NCBI RefSeq assembly: GCF_964355755.1
Contig: NC_092672.1
Coordinates: forward strand, 31,750,437-31,814,436
Source of the DNA: Antedon mediterranea
Taxonomy: Eukaryota; Animalia; Echinodermata
Direction of reading: 5' to 3'
Length of the DNA: 64,000 nucleotides
The notes beneath the pieces are model-generated. The model worked only from the letters and a program-made list of their open reading frames with translations, did no database searches and was not told the DNA's origin. Made by a program: the position numbers and the translations under genes. Of the stretch, positions 29,795 through 42,416 are shown piece by piece (positions within the stretch are counted from its first letter, which is position 1; every line of letters starts with the position of its first letter).

Positions 29795-30155
29795 TATTTG
29801 GAGGCATGCTATAATAATAGCAACAGCAGGATAATACATGAAACCTATATTGAGTGGTCTTTTTTTAAAGGTACTATAGAATGGTTAGACTATAGTTGTT
29901 CCTAATTGGAGGTATAAACTATACAATATAATTGAAAGTTGTTGCAGGGCAGGTATTATATCAACCCTATACTAGCTATGATAGTGGTCAATAATTGGAG
30001 GGATAGTATATGATAATTAGGTGTTAGTAGCAGTAATAGCAGGATAGTTTATCAATGTATAAACTATATATTGGTCATTAATTAGATGTACTGTATATAA
30101 CATACAATAATTAGGTGTTGGAGGCAACAGCATGAGATATCAATCCTATAACCTA
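29795..30155. repeat. Old degenerate ~88-bp tandem repeat, ~4 copies
   Basis: AATTGGAGG...ATAATTAGGTGTT...AGCAGGATA...TATCAA...TGGTC recurs. Confidence 0.55.
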
Positions 30156-30774
30156 CTGACATCCTTATTTTGACGACAATATTGGAATATCATCAAAGTA
30201 TAATGAACACACGGCTGATTCATTAAGTCACTTATTAAACCGAGTTACATTCCACGTGCTATCATTTTAACCATTAGCAGGTGCTAGAGCCCAGCAGAGG
30301 ACTCTGTGGCGACTTGAAATTCTGATTGGTCCTGTTATTTCACACACAATGGATAGGCCTAGCTAGACTTTCACGTAATTAATGGAAATTAAGCGCCATT
30401 TAGGGGTTTCCTTTTCAAGTATTAGAATAAAACTATTCATAGCGTGTCACAATCCGTGATTCAAGAGTATCTTTGCCGTAATTAATTTATAAAAATTAGA
30501 CGGCATCCACTAGAACTTTCACTTTTTAAATTAATATTAATCTGTTCAGGTTTTGGTATATTTTCAACATGTTGAAATTGTAATAAAGTTTGTGATAGCA
30601 TCTGCTAATCACTGATGTATACTGAGTGTTCTTTGACATATACCACATCCTTCAGCTATAGGGCAGTGGCATACAAATATGAACTTAATAAAAAAATATA
30701 CTTTTTGCACATTTAATCATCATATTTCCTTATAAATTGACATTTCTTTTCAAAAATTTACCTTGACATTTTCT

Positions 30775-30791
30775 GGGGGGGGGGGGGGGGG
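30775..30791 (+). repeat. G17 homopolymer
   Basis: 17 consecutive G in an AT-rich context. Confidence 0.9.
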
Positions 30792-31211
30792 AAGTTGTGT
30801 GGGCGAGGAAATTGTTACTATTTTATGTGCGTATTGGAAAATGAATAAAAACTTTGTTTGTAGAAAATCTTTGTATATACCGATATGTACTGTTCTGTTT
30901 AAATCTACCAGAGATAACAAATTACAAAACTTTTAAAATTTAATTCAGATAAATGAACCAATCAGAATCAATTCCCACACAATTCCCAGGAAAAATTACC
31001 ACAGCCAACATTCTAGATAACTTAACAGAGAGTACAAATTCAATTACAAGCACGGATTACTGACCGGAAATTTGTCTCCATAGCGATTCTATATAACTGA
31101 TACTTGCTGACATACAAGCGTCATCATTATTGTGAAATTTGAAATGAGAAGATCAGAGATTTTAGAGAAATCAAAGTTAAATGTATCAAACATGCTTAGC
31201 AAAAAACTTTT

Positions 31212-31357
31212 TCTGTCTACACAATTAAACTAGTTTGACAAACAAAAAGTGTGATGTGCCCAAATATGGTATTGGTAGTAATATGCTTAAATATGGTAGT
31301 GATATGACATCATCATGTCCATATAAGCACATCACATTTTGTTGTCACATAAAGTTT
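31212..31357. mobile_element. MITE family A copy (ends eroded)
   Basis: TCTGTCTACACAATTAAACTAGTTTGACA...GTGATGTGCCCAAATATGG...CACATAAAGTTT. Confidence 0.8.
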
Positions 31358-33067
31358 AACTTTGTTTTAAGTTAATATTTTTGATTATTCAGTTTTCAAA
31401 ATAACTTAAATAAGCATATAATTTGTAGATGTTTTCTTACTTAAATATTAGGTGATAAAGTCTATTCTTTAATAATATGGTTTGAAAAATGAAGTCTCAG
31501 TTTTTCACTTAAGTTCTTCTAAACATAATTATCATGACTCAAAAATAAAATATCAACTCAGAAGAGGATTATATAATACATGCATTTTGTTTAGTATCCC
31601 AATAAAAGAATATACAACCATCGTTTTGCAGTAACATTTTTTTCTCTTCAATATTCAGCCCTGATGAATTTCCATTTTCTAATTTCTTAAGTAAAAGTGA
31701 AACCAGTAGGACACTAATTGAAACCTAATTAGAGTACGACCTACAAAGTACCTATAGCCTATTTTTAGCCAGGTACTTTACAAGATGCTAGGCTGAATAG
31801 ACAAACTTTAATACAGTGGCCTACACGATTGAATACACATCAAATCTGTTATCGATTCCAAAAATGGTAGCAAAACCGATGGACAGTTGTTGAAAGAATT
31901 AACTTCCCGATAAAATAAAAACAATTTCTTAAATTCATGGACAATTTAACCCAAATTGTTTGGCTAAAAAAAAGGATTATCACATGTAAAAGGAGGGTAG
32001 AAAACAGATGGACAGTTGAAAGAAATAAATTGCTGAAAAAAAGAAAAATAATAAGTTTAAGACTGATGGGCATTTAACCTATTTTTTTCTTCTAAAAATA
32101 GAAATTCTTTTCAGAAAAAAAGGAAACAAGCTACAGGGAGTTTTGACAGAAGTGACCAATTAGGCAATTGGCAATTAAAATTCTCGGCAACGAGAATGGA
32201 CAGGATATTGGCGGACATTTGCTGAAATTGGCAATGGAAGTGACATGCTAGCCAATCAAGTTGTACTCTGCAAATTGGACCATCGGGGAGTTCGATAAGG
32301 ATGGCGAAACAAGAAATGTACCCCACGATAGCACAGGTTAACGGGACTGAATCCCATGAGAACAGTATACATATTCCCAGTGGAATACAGGGTCAGGGGC
32401 ATGGTGGGATGTCTTGATGGGAATTCCCCCATTTTTAGAAAGTGAAATTCAATGTACATTATAGGGCAAGGTCTTAACTTATTTAAGGAAATAAAAAAAA
32501 GCACACATCATAGGCCTAATGTTTTGCAGTGTAGTATGCATAATAAGAAAGTACCAACTTATGATCACTTCATTTAAAACCGGTTTTGCAACTAGAATAA
32601 TCAATTTCATGACAAGTATATCAAGTATATGGTAACTCCAAAGACAAGTTACTGAAAAATGACAATGCTGTGGGTATCAATGGCTGGATTTCAATAAAGA
32701 TACAATCAAATGAAGCAAATGCTAAATAAAATCGATCTACGTACTGTCGATTGTTTTCATTTAAAAAGAAATGATCTGATTCAGAAGTCTCTAACTTCAA
32801 CTACAGTACAGTGCATACCTTTCCTCACAGGCAATAACAGCAGTTAAGTTTATTGATATGAGAAAAGTGTAAATAGCTTAGTGTAAATAGTTAAGTGTAT
32901 ATAGCTCTTATTAATCAACAAATATTGACAGGAGTACTTGATCATACTGTACGATTTATTTATTGTTGGTGATTATAATTCAAACAAAGAAGTTATACAT
33001 CAAAACAGAAGGTTTGTTTTATTTGATGGATCATTGCTTTAAGACTAAATAGCAAAATGTTACTGTA

Positions 33068-34227
33068 CAGTAGAAACTTTCATTTGGGACACCACCTAAT
33101 AATTGGACACCACCATTACGAGGACACCTCTCTTAAGGGGACACAACCAATAAGGGGATACCTCTCTTAAGGGGACACAACCAATAAGGGGATACCTATT
33201 AAGGGGACACAACCAATAAGGGGATACCTATTAAGGGGACACCACCATTACGAGGACACCTCTCTTAAGGGGACACAACCAATAAGGGGATACCCCTATT
33301 AAGGGGACACAACCAATAAGGGGATACCTATTAAGGGGAAACAACCAATAATGGGATACCTATTAAGGGGACACCACCATTACGAGGACACCTCTCTTAA
33401 GGGGACACAACCAATAAGGGGATACCTATTAAGGGAACACAACCAATAAAGGGATACCTATTAAGGGGACACAACCAATAAGAGGATACCTATTAAGGGG
33501 ACACAACCAATAAGGGGATACCTCTCTTAAGGGGACACAACCAATAAGGGGATACCTCTCTTAAGGGGACACAACCAATAAGGGGATACCTCTATTAAGG
33601 GCACACAACCAATGAGGGGATACCTATTAAGGGCACACAACCAATAAGTGGATACCTCTATTAATGGGACACAACCAATAAGGGGATACCTCTCTTAAGG
33701 GGACACAACCAATAAGGGGATACCTCTATTAAGGGGACACAACCAATAAGGGGATACCTATTAAGGGGACACAACCAATAAGGGGATACCTCTCTTAAGG
33801 GGACACAACCAATAAGGGGATACCTCTCTTAAGGGGACACAACCAATAAGGGGATACCTCTATTAAGGGCACACAACCAATGAGGGGATACCTATTAAGG
33901 GGACACAACCAATAAGTGGATACCTCTATTAATGGGACACAACCAATAAGGGGATACCTCTCTTAAGGGGACACAACCAATAAGGGGATACCTCTATTAA
34001 GGGGACACAACCAATAAGGGGATACCTCTCTTAAGGGGACAAAACCAATAAGGGGATACCTCTATAAAGAGGACACTTTTAAGGGGAAATATTCCTGTGA
34101 GATGAATAAGAACTAAGCAATTTATGCTTAACACTATTTAATACTATCATGGGGACAATCCCGCAGCTGTTTATTTCAAATGGAAGTATCCCATAAGTAT
34201 GGATGTCTTGTGGGATTGGTTCTACTG
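33068..34227. mobile_element. Family E MITE containing a ~1-kb internal minisatellite
   Basis: TA|CAGTAGAA ... TTCTACTG|TA terminal inverted repeats enclose the tandem array. Confidence 0.75.
33087..34086. repeat. Minisatellite of ~32-34-bp units (GGGGACACAACCAATAA + GGGGATACCT(CT)MTTAA)
   Basis: Directly visible array of alternating 15-17-bp subunits, roughly 30 dimer units. Confidence 0.95.
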
Positions 34228-34246
34228 TATAGAGTCAACTCTCTTA

Positions 34247-35864
34247 GGGCCTGTTTCTGCTGCATAAAAAATAACCGGTTAAAATCGGTGTGAATAAATT
34301 AAAATCGGTGTGAATAAATTAACTCCATTTTCTTGGCAGCAGAAACAGGACACATTTGTGGTAACCGGTTAAAAGGCAGCGCAAAATAACCGGTTAAAAA
34401 CACCAATTTAAATCGGTGTTAGAACGCCGTTTAACCGGTTATCGCTGAGCAATTCTTAGCTGCAACACGAAATAACGGTTATTTGATTGACAGTTGTGAC
34501 CCCGGGTCAGATACCGTCGCATACGGTGCGTGTTTTCCTCATGGTTTTGACAGTCGAACGAAGAAGTGAACATGTATGTGGATGAATGAAATCACAATAT
34601 ATGTTATTCAGTTGTGGGGGGAGAGAAAGTACAGGGAAGGATGGAAGGCAATAGAAAAGAATCACAGATAATAAATAAGAGCATTTTTGCGAAAGTAAAG
34701 AGGAATTTGGGGTGGAGTTCCGGGGACTACCCAAGCTAAGCAATTTGAGGCGTTAGTACACGCTCGCGAAGGGTATGGATGGTCCTATATTAACACCAAA
34801 ACGGAAACAAAAGGGACTCAGAATGTTGCAAATACCTACCAAACGATAGTAGATAATGGTTAATTAATTATGAAAACCCAAATTTTATAGCAAAAATCAT
34901 CCGAATTTATGTTATAAACGATGAATTTAGCAACAAAAACTTAATCCAAACGAGCGTATTTATGGCACGCCCTTAGTGCCTTTAATAGGAGAACAATGAA
35001 CAATCTTAATTTGATCGTTTTATATAATTTTTTTAGAAAAACATCACATCGACCGAAAACAAAGGTTATGAGAGCCTTTGATAATATATTAAATATGATT
35101 TTATTAAGCATAGAAATGTGTTATTATTTATGTTAGTACATAAATATACGAAACAATGTTTAATACTCATTATTCTATTAAAGGCACTATGTGCGTGCGA
35201 TATTCTATGACTTGGATACTCTCGTTTGATTTAAGTTTTTGTGGCTAAACTCGTCGTTTTTAACATAAATTCGGACGATTTTTGCTATAAATTAAAAGTT
35301 AGGGTTTCATAATTAATTAACAATTATCTACTCTCGTTTGGTAGGTATTGCAACATTCTAAGTCTCGTTTTTGTTTCCGTTTGGTTTTTTGTAGGACCGC
35401 GCTCGCTCGTTCACGTGGGAAGGGCCGTATCATCATCGCCTTTGTTGAGGAATTTTAGGCTAGATAAAAATTATCCTAGGCGATCGGGCGCTGCACGACC
35501 CTTCCCATGTTATTAAAGGCGCCATGAGAATTAATTTTATTAGCGATCAGTAAGTAGGCTTTACAAAAAACAAAACTTGTAGACCTGTAGACAACATTTT
35601 ATTATTTTAACATGTTTGAGATGTTCGGCGATATACACACGTGTGTATTGACGACGTCGATGTAAACAAACAGCCAACTTACTACTTCCGTCTGAGTGTA
35701 TTGCATTTTGGGTAATGATGACGTTTTGCTCGAAGACCACCCATAGATTTAACCGGTTATTTCGGAGCATAAATTGAGCAGAAACGCGGTCTTGTTATTG
35801 TTATCTATTTTTAATCTATTTTAAAATAACCGGTTAAATTGCGTTATGCAGCAGAAACAGACCC
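34247..35864. mobile_element. Non-autonomous PIF/Harbinger-type DNA transposon (1618 bp)
   Basis: 21-bp TIRs GGGCCTGTTTCTGCTGCATAA / TTATGCAGCAGAAACAGACCC (1 mismatch); TTA TSD on both sides; repeated subterminal TAACCGGTTA palindromes. Confidence 0.88.
34781..35398. mobile_element. Foldback-like element with ~220-bp imperfect inverted arms, inside the Harbinger-type element
   Basis: The left arm GGTCCTA..CCAAAACGGAAACAAAA..GAATGTTGCAAATACCTACCAAACG.. is the diverged reverse complement of ~35165-35398. Confidence 0.75.
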
Positions 35865-36403
35865 TTAAAATTCAATTTGGCTTTTAAGTGGAGACATAGG
35901 CTATTAATGGATCAATTTACATGAAAATTACCCCAATTTCAGGGTGGGCTTTCACCCGTACAGTAACTACAATTTTTATTTAATCATATAACATGTAGAT
36001 AAGAGGGTTTGACATAACCAAGTATGTTGGTGTGAGATAACGCATGCTACCCACTTCACATGCATGACTTGTCACGCAAACAGAAGTAGAAGTCAGTCAG
36101 GTTTTATTATCTGTCTTTATGTTTGTATGGAAGGTCATAACTCTTATAGAGATAAATACCCTTTGTTCATTCAAAAATAAAATCTTACGTGGGATATTGC
36201 AAGTAAGTTATTAAATAGTTTTCCATGGACCGCTACTCTTTTAGGAAGACAGGGAAGACTTGCCTGGGTCAAGCTAAACTAACTTTTCCTTAGAACCTAC
36301 TCCTGAAAACTTCTACTAACTATCAGTCATTTTTTAATCAAACATGTACTCCCATAATACAGCTAGAAATCAGCGCAAATTTGTGTCTTGACCTTTGCAA
36401 GTT

Positions 36404-36476
36404 ACAGTACTCATTTGTACACCTGGGTGGATAGATGCAAACGTGAGTAAAATGTCTTGCATAAAGATAAATGCGT
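36404..36476 (-). mobile_element. CORE-SINE-like central-domain fragment
   Basis: Minus strand GCAAGACATTTTACTCAC..TGCATCTATCCACCCAGGTGTACAAATGAGTAC resembles the conserved CTTGGGCAAGACACTT..CCACCCAGGTGTATAAATGGGTAC segment of invertebrate SINEs (recalled). Confidence 0.55.
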
Positions 36477-39400
36477 ACAATTATAAGTTGATCTTTAATG
36501 TAAAATATTAATATTGCTTGTAGAAATGGCTAAGGATGGCAGTTTTCTCATGCATGCATAACCCACTTGTTGTTCTTCGAGAACCTAATCATAAATGTCA
36601 AAAGGTTGGTTATGTATAGCAATTGATTTTATAAATTTATTTATGAGATTTATAATGCATTAATCTCATTTTAATGTCGACACACAATCCTAAAAAATTT
36701 TGACTTTACCCATGATCTTCTCCATTTTTCTTGTTCGGTTTATCATACTTATCTTAATGTCAAAGCCATCAGAGAACTACATCATTAAGAATGACAATTA
36801 TTAATTATTATAGGTACATTATGCTTGGCTGCATTATGTTTTGCTATTTTACAATATCGCACATATTTAACAGGTGCACGAAGAAACATAAGATGTTAAT
36901 AGTACTTGTCCTGGGATAGCATGTGGTAGACTTTATCAATAGCAATCCTTTGGTGTTGATAGGTGACATAGGGTAATCAATAAATCATATTTAAAATATA
37001 GTTCAACCAATGATAAGGGGATACCTAGGGGAGCAACCCTTTAATAGGGGTTATATGTTGTGGCAAAGATTAATGTATATACCCCTTTGTGAAGGTATTT
37101 CTAATGATACCGCCTTTTGAATACCAAAGTTTTCTATAACAAAAATACAACATTTAACAAAAGCAGAGTTATGTAATAATCGTGGCCAGGCTCATAGAAT
37201 CAGTTGCCCTCAGTCCTTGGGCAACCAACAATTTTCATAGGGCAACTAAAAATTAAAACCCAATAAAAGACAGTCCCGTCTTAAATTTGGCCCAAATGTT
37301 TTGGCCACCAAGAAACTGAGCCAGAAACCAAATCTTGAAGTAGTAGACAATGAGTTTAATAGCAAAGAAGAGCTAAAAATATCGCATCTGCAGCAGAAGG
37401 TATTAAAGGGTATAATGAACGCAACCATACTATTACTAGTACTACTTGGGTACAATTAGGACTGTTGAAATTGTAGTGGTTTGTGGGGATGCTACCACTT
37501 GAGGACATGGTTTGTGGACTGTACCATTTATGGAAAGGGGTGTTGAATGAATTTTTTACCTTTCTGGTATATCTCGCTTTTCAAAGAGAAATATGGCATT
37601 TTTCGGTTTATCCAGGTATAAGCTAGGCACGAAATAAACTGTAAAATTTTCACAAATGTGGTAATTATTAAAAATGGTAAATATATATTAAAATATCAAA
37701 CACCAAATAATAATTGTTGAAATAGATTACGTCTATAACTGTCTATAACTGTCCATAAGGAGATGAGTCAGACCTCACACGTCTAGCTGAGCCAACAAGT
37801 TGCCAAATGTTACCTGGAAACGGATTCCAACATACGGACTTAAATCTTTTAAATCTTAACTGTCTTTTTAATATCGATGTTATCAGTCCAACACAGACAG
37901 AACATTTTGTTTATCAATGTTTTCTGTTGTGTTCTATTTTACTAAAGCCCCAAAGGCTCTGACTCAAAATTACTAGATTTTTTTGGGTAAATATTTGATA
38001 ATAAATGATAAAGCAAGTCAAAATTTGCTGAAATTAATTTTAATTATTTTGCACTTAGTAATAAATTAAGTTTGATGTCTTTTTCGTTATCATGCCAAAT
38101 GATTTTTACCATAAGCTATTTTTTTAAAAGGTTGTATTCAGTTTAAAAAAAATTTTACGAATATTTTAATTTAACATACAAATTGTATGGTTGAATTTCC
38201 TGTATGCATAAATCAACTTTTAGACCATCATCCTCAGGCTGGCTGGCATGTTGAGAATTTTATTGAATTATTTTTTTTTGTAGAACTACAAGCAAGTGGC
38301 CAGTTTTTGACCAAATCGTAAAATGTTACTACTTTTAAATAAAACAAAATATCTGGTCTCTGAATATTTAAATTTAAAAAATATCAAAAACATTTTTTTT
38401 GTGGAAAATATAAAAAGGTTTTATGTCAAACCTTTTACCCAATCAAAGTCTATTTTTAACATTTTCTTTCAGCTTTCTCTAACAGAGAGTATAACAGGAA
38501 TGATAATAGTTATAGCTATAAAGCAGGACTATTATATTAAAGTGTTAGTAAACGACTCAAAGGACAGCCAGTCAAAGTGTGTAGGCCTACCATTACAATA
38601 AAAAAAGTGTAAGTAACTGATCTATCGGAACTAAACAATCTATCTTCAACTAATTTATACACAAAAGAGTGTACATTACAATAAATTACTCCAATTTGTG
38701 GTTCAAATTCAATTGTATCTTTTTACATTGTGGTATACTTGTTATTTTTGACAACCATTAATTACTGGTTTGTTTGTAAAAAGCGGTTACATATGAGGAA
38801 ACAAACGTGCCATATATCATGCAATGTCAAGTAACGGCTACATTTCCACCTTTTCAACAACCAGGAAAACAACATCCTCGTTACGGATATAATCAACGTC
38901 GTCGACAACGAGTTATTTCCTCGATGACATCCTTCCAAACGAACACGTTATATTGCATAAAACATTAATAATTGGTACAACAAAATGAAAGGTTAATTTC
39001 TATATCACAGGTGTGTAAAGTATAAAAAAACCTCTACACTTAGAGTCCTTTGGACTGGCTTTTTATATCTGATTTCCAAGATGGAGTTTGAATAGTAAGA
39101 TAGAATTTGGGACCATCCTGAATTTCGGAAAGTGGTTTCGAAAGAGTAAACTAATTGTTCCTAGGACACTCATATTAGGGGAACACGTTTCAAGAGTAAA
39201 TTTTAATTTTTTAAACATGAAAAAAAAACCTAATTGGTTCCTCTTTTTAATAAAAAAAAATGTTTCAGTTTGTTTTAAAGTATATAAGAATTTACCAAGA
39301 TTACAGAAATTGTAATTAATTGATAGTTGTTGTAGATATTGTTTATAATAATATATACAATATTGGTTGCATAATGCCGCTCTTATAAACATCGATCTGA

Positions 39401-41099
39401 CAAGATAAAAAGACCCACATTTTTTTTAAAGTTCCTCGTAGGAAACCACAGCTTCTGTTCTATGCCGCATAATCCTCTTAATTGCTCAATAATTCCAATA
39501 AGGACACTACACATTTCAACTTCCCGATTTAATGCAAGAAAGATAAAGGATATAATAAAACCAGGAAAGAATACTAATATAAAGAACAGTACAATACCGT
39601 ATATGGTATGGGGTTTATATACAGTTAGAAAAAAAGTCTACAGCTTTCTTGGAAAGAACAAAGAATTTTCATTTTTATCTGGCTCATGCAGCAAGTAAAG
39701 AAATGAAATATAGACGAACGAACAGACAAATGAATGATGAAATGTTTAAAACATTTGTGCAACATTACTGAAGCGTTTATAGCCCACCTGAAAAACATGG
39801 CATGCAACCTTTGACACTCTGGTGGGTTTATATTGTTTGGAGTGCATGATAAAGTTTGTTTATGCTACTAACAGTTTATGTAGGAAATCTTGCTGAAAAC
39901 AACAGGCCCTACGACTGTGGGTGTTACGGCGTCCATACCTTAACCAATCGTCGAGAATAACAACATTTCCAGCTGTAACACCAGTCAGAGACAGCTAAAC
40001 TAAAACAGTGGAAGAGGGGCTTGTGAACTCAATGATCCTTACATCTAAAGTGATTGACATCGTCATGACAACATGCTTCTGTCTGTCAAACTACATTTAA
40101 TAAGTTAAGATTGAAATTTAAATGATGGGGACTCTATGGCTGACACCCTTAAAACATCCATTAAAGTTTTATTATCAACATTTTGAAAATATATTTTGCC
40201 ACCTGAACTCATTTCAGATGTAAAAAAGGCACTAAGGGATCATGTCAAAATTATGTTACTGCAGTTACTGCAGCAACTACACGTTTGTACTGTTTATGCA
40301 TTAGCAATCTTTTTGGTAATCATACACACAGTGATTGGCTGATATATATTTTGAAAACTTGTTAAATTTGTAGTTTTACTGCACTAACTACAGTAGAATA
40401 ATTTTGAAACGATCACTAAACAGGTCAAATCTTTTTATAAAAGAATTTTGGATAAAATTAATAAACAATAAAGAAGAAATTTACTGTAGTATTAATTACA
40501 GAAAATACAATTTAATTGATATAATCACATTCAAGAAATTAAAAACAACATATGAAGAATAGTACTGTGATTTTTAAATAAAATTGTATAATATTACAAA
40601 AAGAAAACGTCGTCTTAATATTTTTCATAATTATAGGTAAAATAAATTTGGACTGTGATGATTACACTATTAACAACATCTATCAAATTCCAACCACGGC
40701 ATCTGGCTTTAACTACAGATCGGAGTCAGGAAGGGTATGTGGTTATTTACGAGTTAATGTCATGCCAACTGGTTTCATTTACCTCAGCCATCATGTTCAT
40801 TAGGTTCAAATTGACTGTAAGGACAACAATTATTACAGGGGTTATGTGCTTTTTGCTGGTCACTAAAAATGGCATGTCTATTACAACCATTGGTCGACGG
40901 TATCATAGTCTGCCCCAAGGAACTTTCAGGGGAATTACATTATGGGAAGTTATGTCATTAGGATAATAATATGATGGTGCAGTTACAATAGTATATGAGT
41001 GACTGATAGAAAGCTAAAAATATTTTGTGTAATATTAATTATACTAAAGTACTTTTTTGTTTATACTTCAAATCAACGGAGATAATAAGTTGAACTAAT

Positions 41100-41251
41100 G
41101 AGTGGACTGGGAAATCCATACTTTCTAAACCAAGTCTCATATAAGGCTTAGGTATTGGTAATGTATTAGCTGAAACTGGAACTATGATTAGATTTGAACC
41201 AATGAATTATGATTATTAAGCAAGAATGCCAAAAACCAAGCCACAGTGCCA
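41100..41251 (-). mobile_element. tRNA-derived SINE remnant
   Basis: Minus strand TGGCACTGTGGCTTGG...GGTTCAAATCT followed by the CCTAAGCCTTATATGAGACTT body shared with 46287. Confidence 0.6.
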
Positions 41252-41324
41252 CTTATAAAGGTTACCAACACTTTTTGGTTGAGGACTATCATGAAGATAC
41301 AGTAGTACATAACTAATATTTTAA

Positions 41325-41490
41325 TGGCATTGTGTCTTTGTGGTTGACATGCTTGCTTTCAAATCCCAGATCCCTGGTTCAACTCCCAGTTCTGTCACAG
41401 TACAAGGATTTTTTTGGACAGGCAATAATTATACCACCAATTTGTAACCTTCATATAAAACAGTTTTCTCTCCTGTAATTGGTGAGTATT
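41325..41490 (+). mobile_element. tRNA-derived SINE remnant
   Basis: TGGCATTGTGTCTTTGTGGTTGACATGCTTGC...CCTGGTTCAACTCC head; downstream AAAACAGTTT..TCCTGTAATT is shared with 46435-46460. Confidence 0.6.
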
Positions 41491-42057
41491 GCTGTTGAAT
41501 GGTGTCAATATAAATACATTTTATTTTTTTATAAAACCAAAAATAATCTAAAATTTTCCAAAACAAGCTATTTATCTAAGAAATTCCTAAAATTATAGCC
41601 TTGTTTATTTGTTTAAAAAATAGTAGGAATGATAAGATCTGAAGCATGCTCCAATCCGTGACCCCCTTTGTTCCCCTGCCTGATCTAGCCTCTCCACATA
41701 CTTTCAACCAATTAGATATAATCGCCTTCTAAGTACCGGGTGCTTTTCACTGTGACTGATAGGTGCGATAAGACTGAAGGTGCGATTAAATGTAAGCCTA
41801 AACGCAGGCACCTGTGGCCATGAACTGCTTCACATCAGATCCTGATAGGATAAGCCAAACACCTGTATACTTTTAAGATGTTAGACACATGACAATCAAA
41901 TGTTGTTTCACCAAAAATGTAGGTTAAAAAAACCAGTTTATTTTAATCTATTCAATAAATATCTATATAAAAATTTGACTGAATCGATATTTTAATACTG
42001 TAGAGTCTCTATTTTAAAGAGACACATTGGAATCTAACAAAGTGTCCTCTGAATAAG

Positions 42058-42180
42058 GGTGTCTCTTTAATAGGTGTCCTTTTAATAGGTGTCCCTTTAA
42101 TAGGTGTCCTTTTAATAGGTGTCCCTTTAATCGGTGTCCCTTTAATAGAGGTGTCCCTTTAATAGAGGTGTCCTCTTAAC
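42058..42180. repeat. Tandem 15-17-bp repeat GGTGTCCCTTTAATA(GA), ~8 copies, inside a family E element (~41998-42477)
   Basis: Reverse complement of the 33-kb array subunit. Confidence 0.9.
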
Positions 42181-42254
42181 AGCAGTTGATTGCAGTGTTA
42201 AAACATATATATTTGTTTCAAAGGAAAGTGGGTAAGGAGTTGGCCTTTATTGTT

Positions 42255-42416
42255 AAGCTCTGTCTACACAATCAAACTAGTTTGACAAAAATGTGCGATG
42301 TGCCCAAATATGGTAGTGATATGCCCAAATATTGTAGTCATATGACATCATCGTGTCCATGTATGGGCACATCACATTTTGTTGTCACATAAAACTTGAT
42401 AGAGTAGACAGAGTTT
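42255..42416. mobile_element. MITE family A copy, nested in a family E element
   Basis: Both TIRs present (AAGCTCTGTCTACAC / AGAGTAGACAGAGTTT); family E sequence on both sides. Confidence 0.85.

Noticed and set aside
33087-34086. CRISPR-like or coding repeat
   Set aside because: No spacers, stop codons recur throughout, and the array is explained as an expanded MITE motif.
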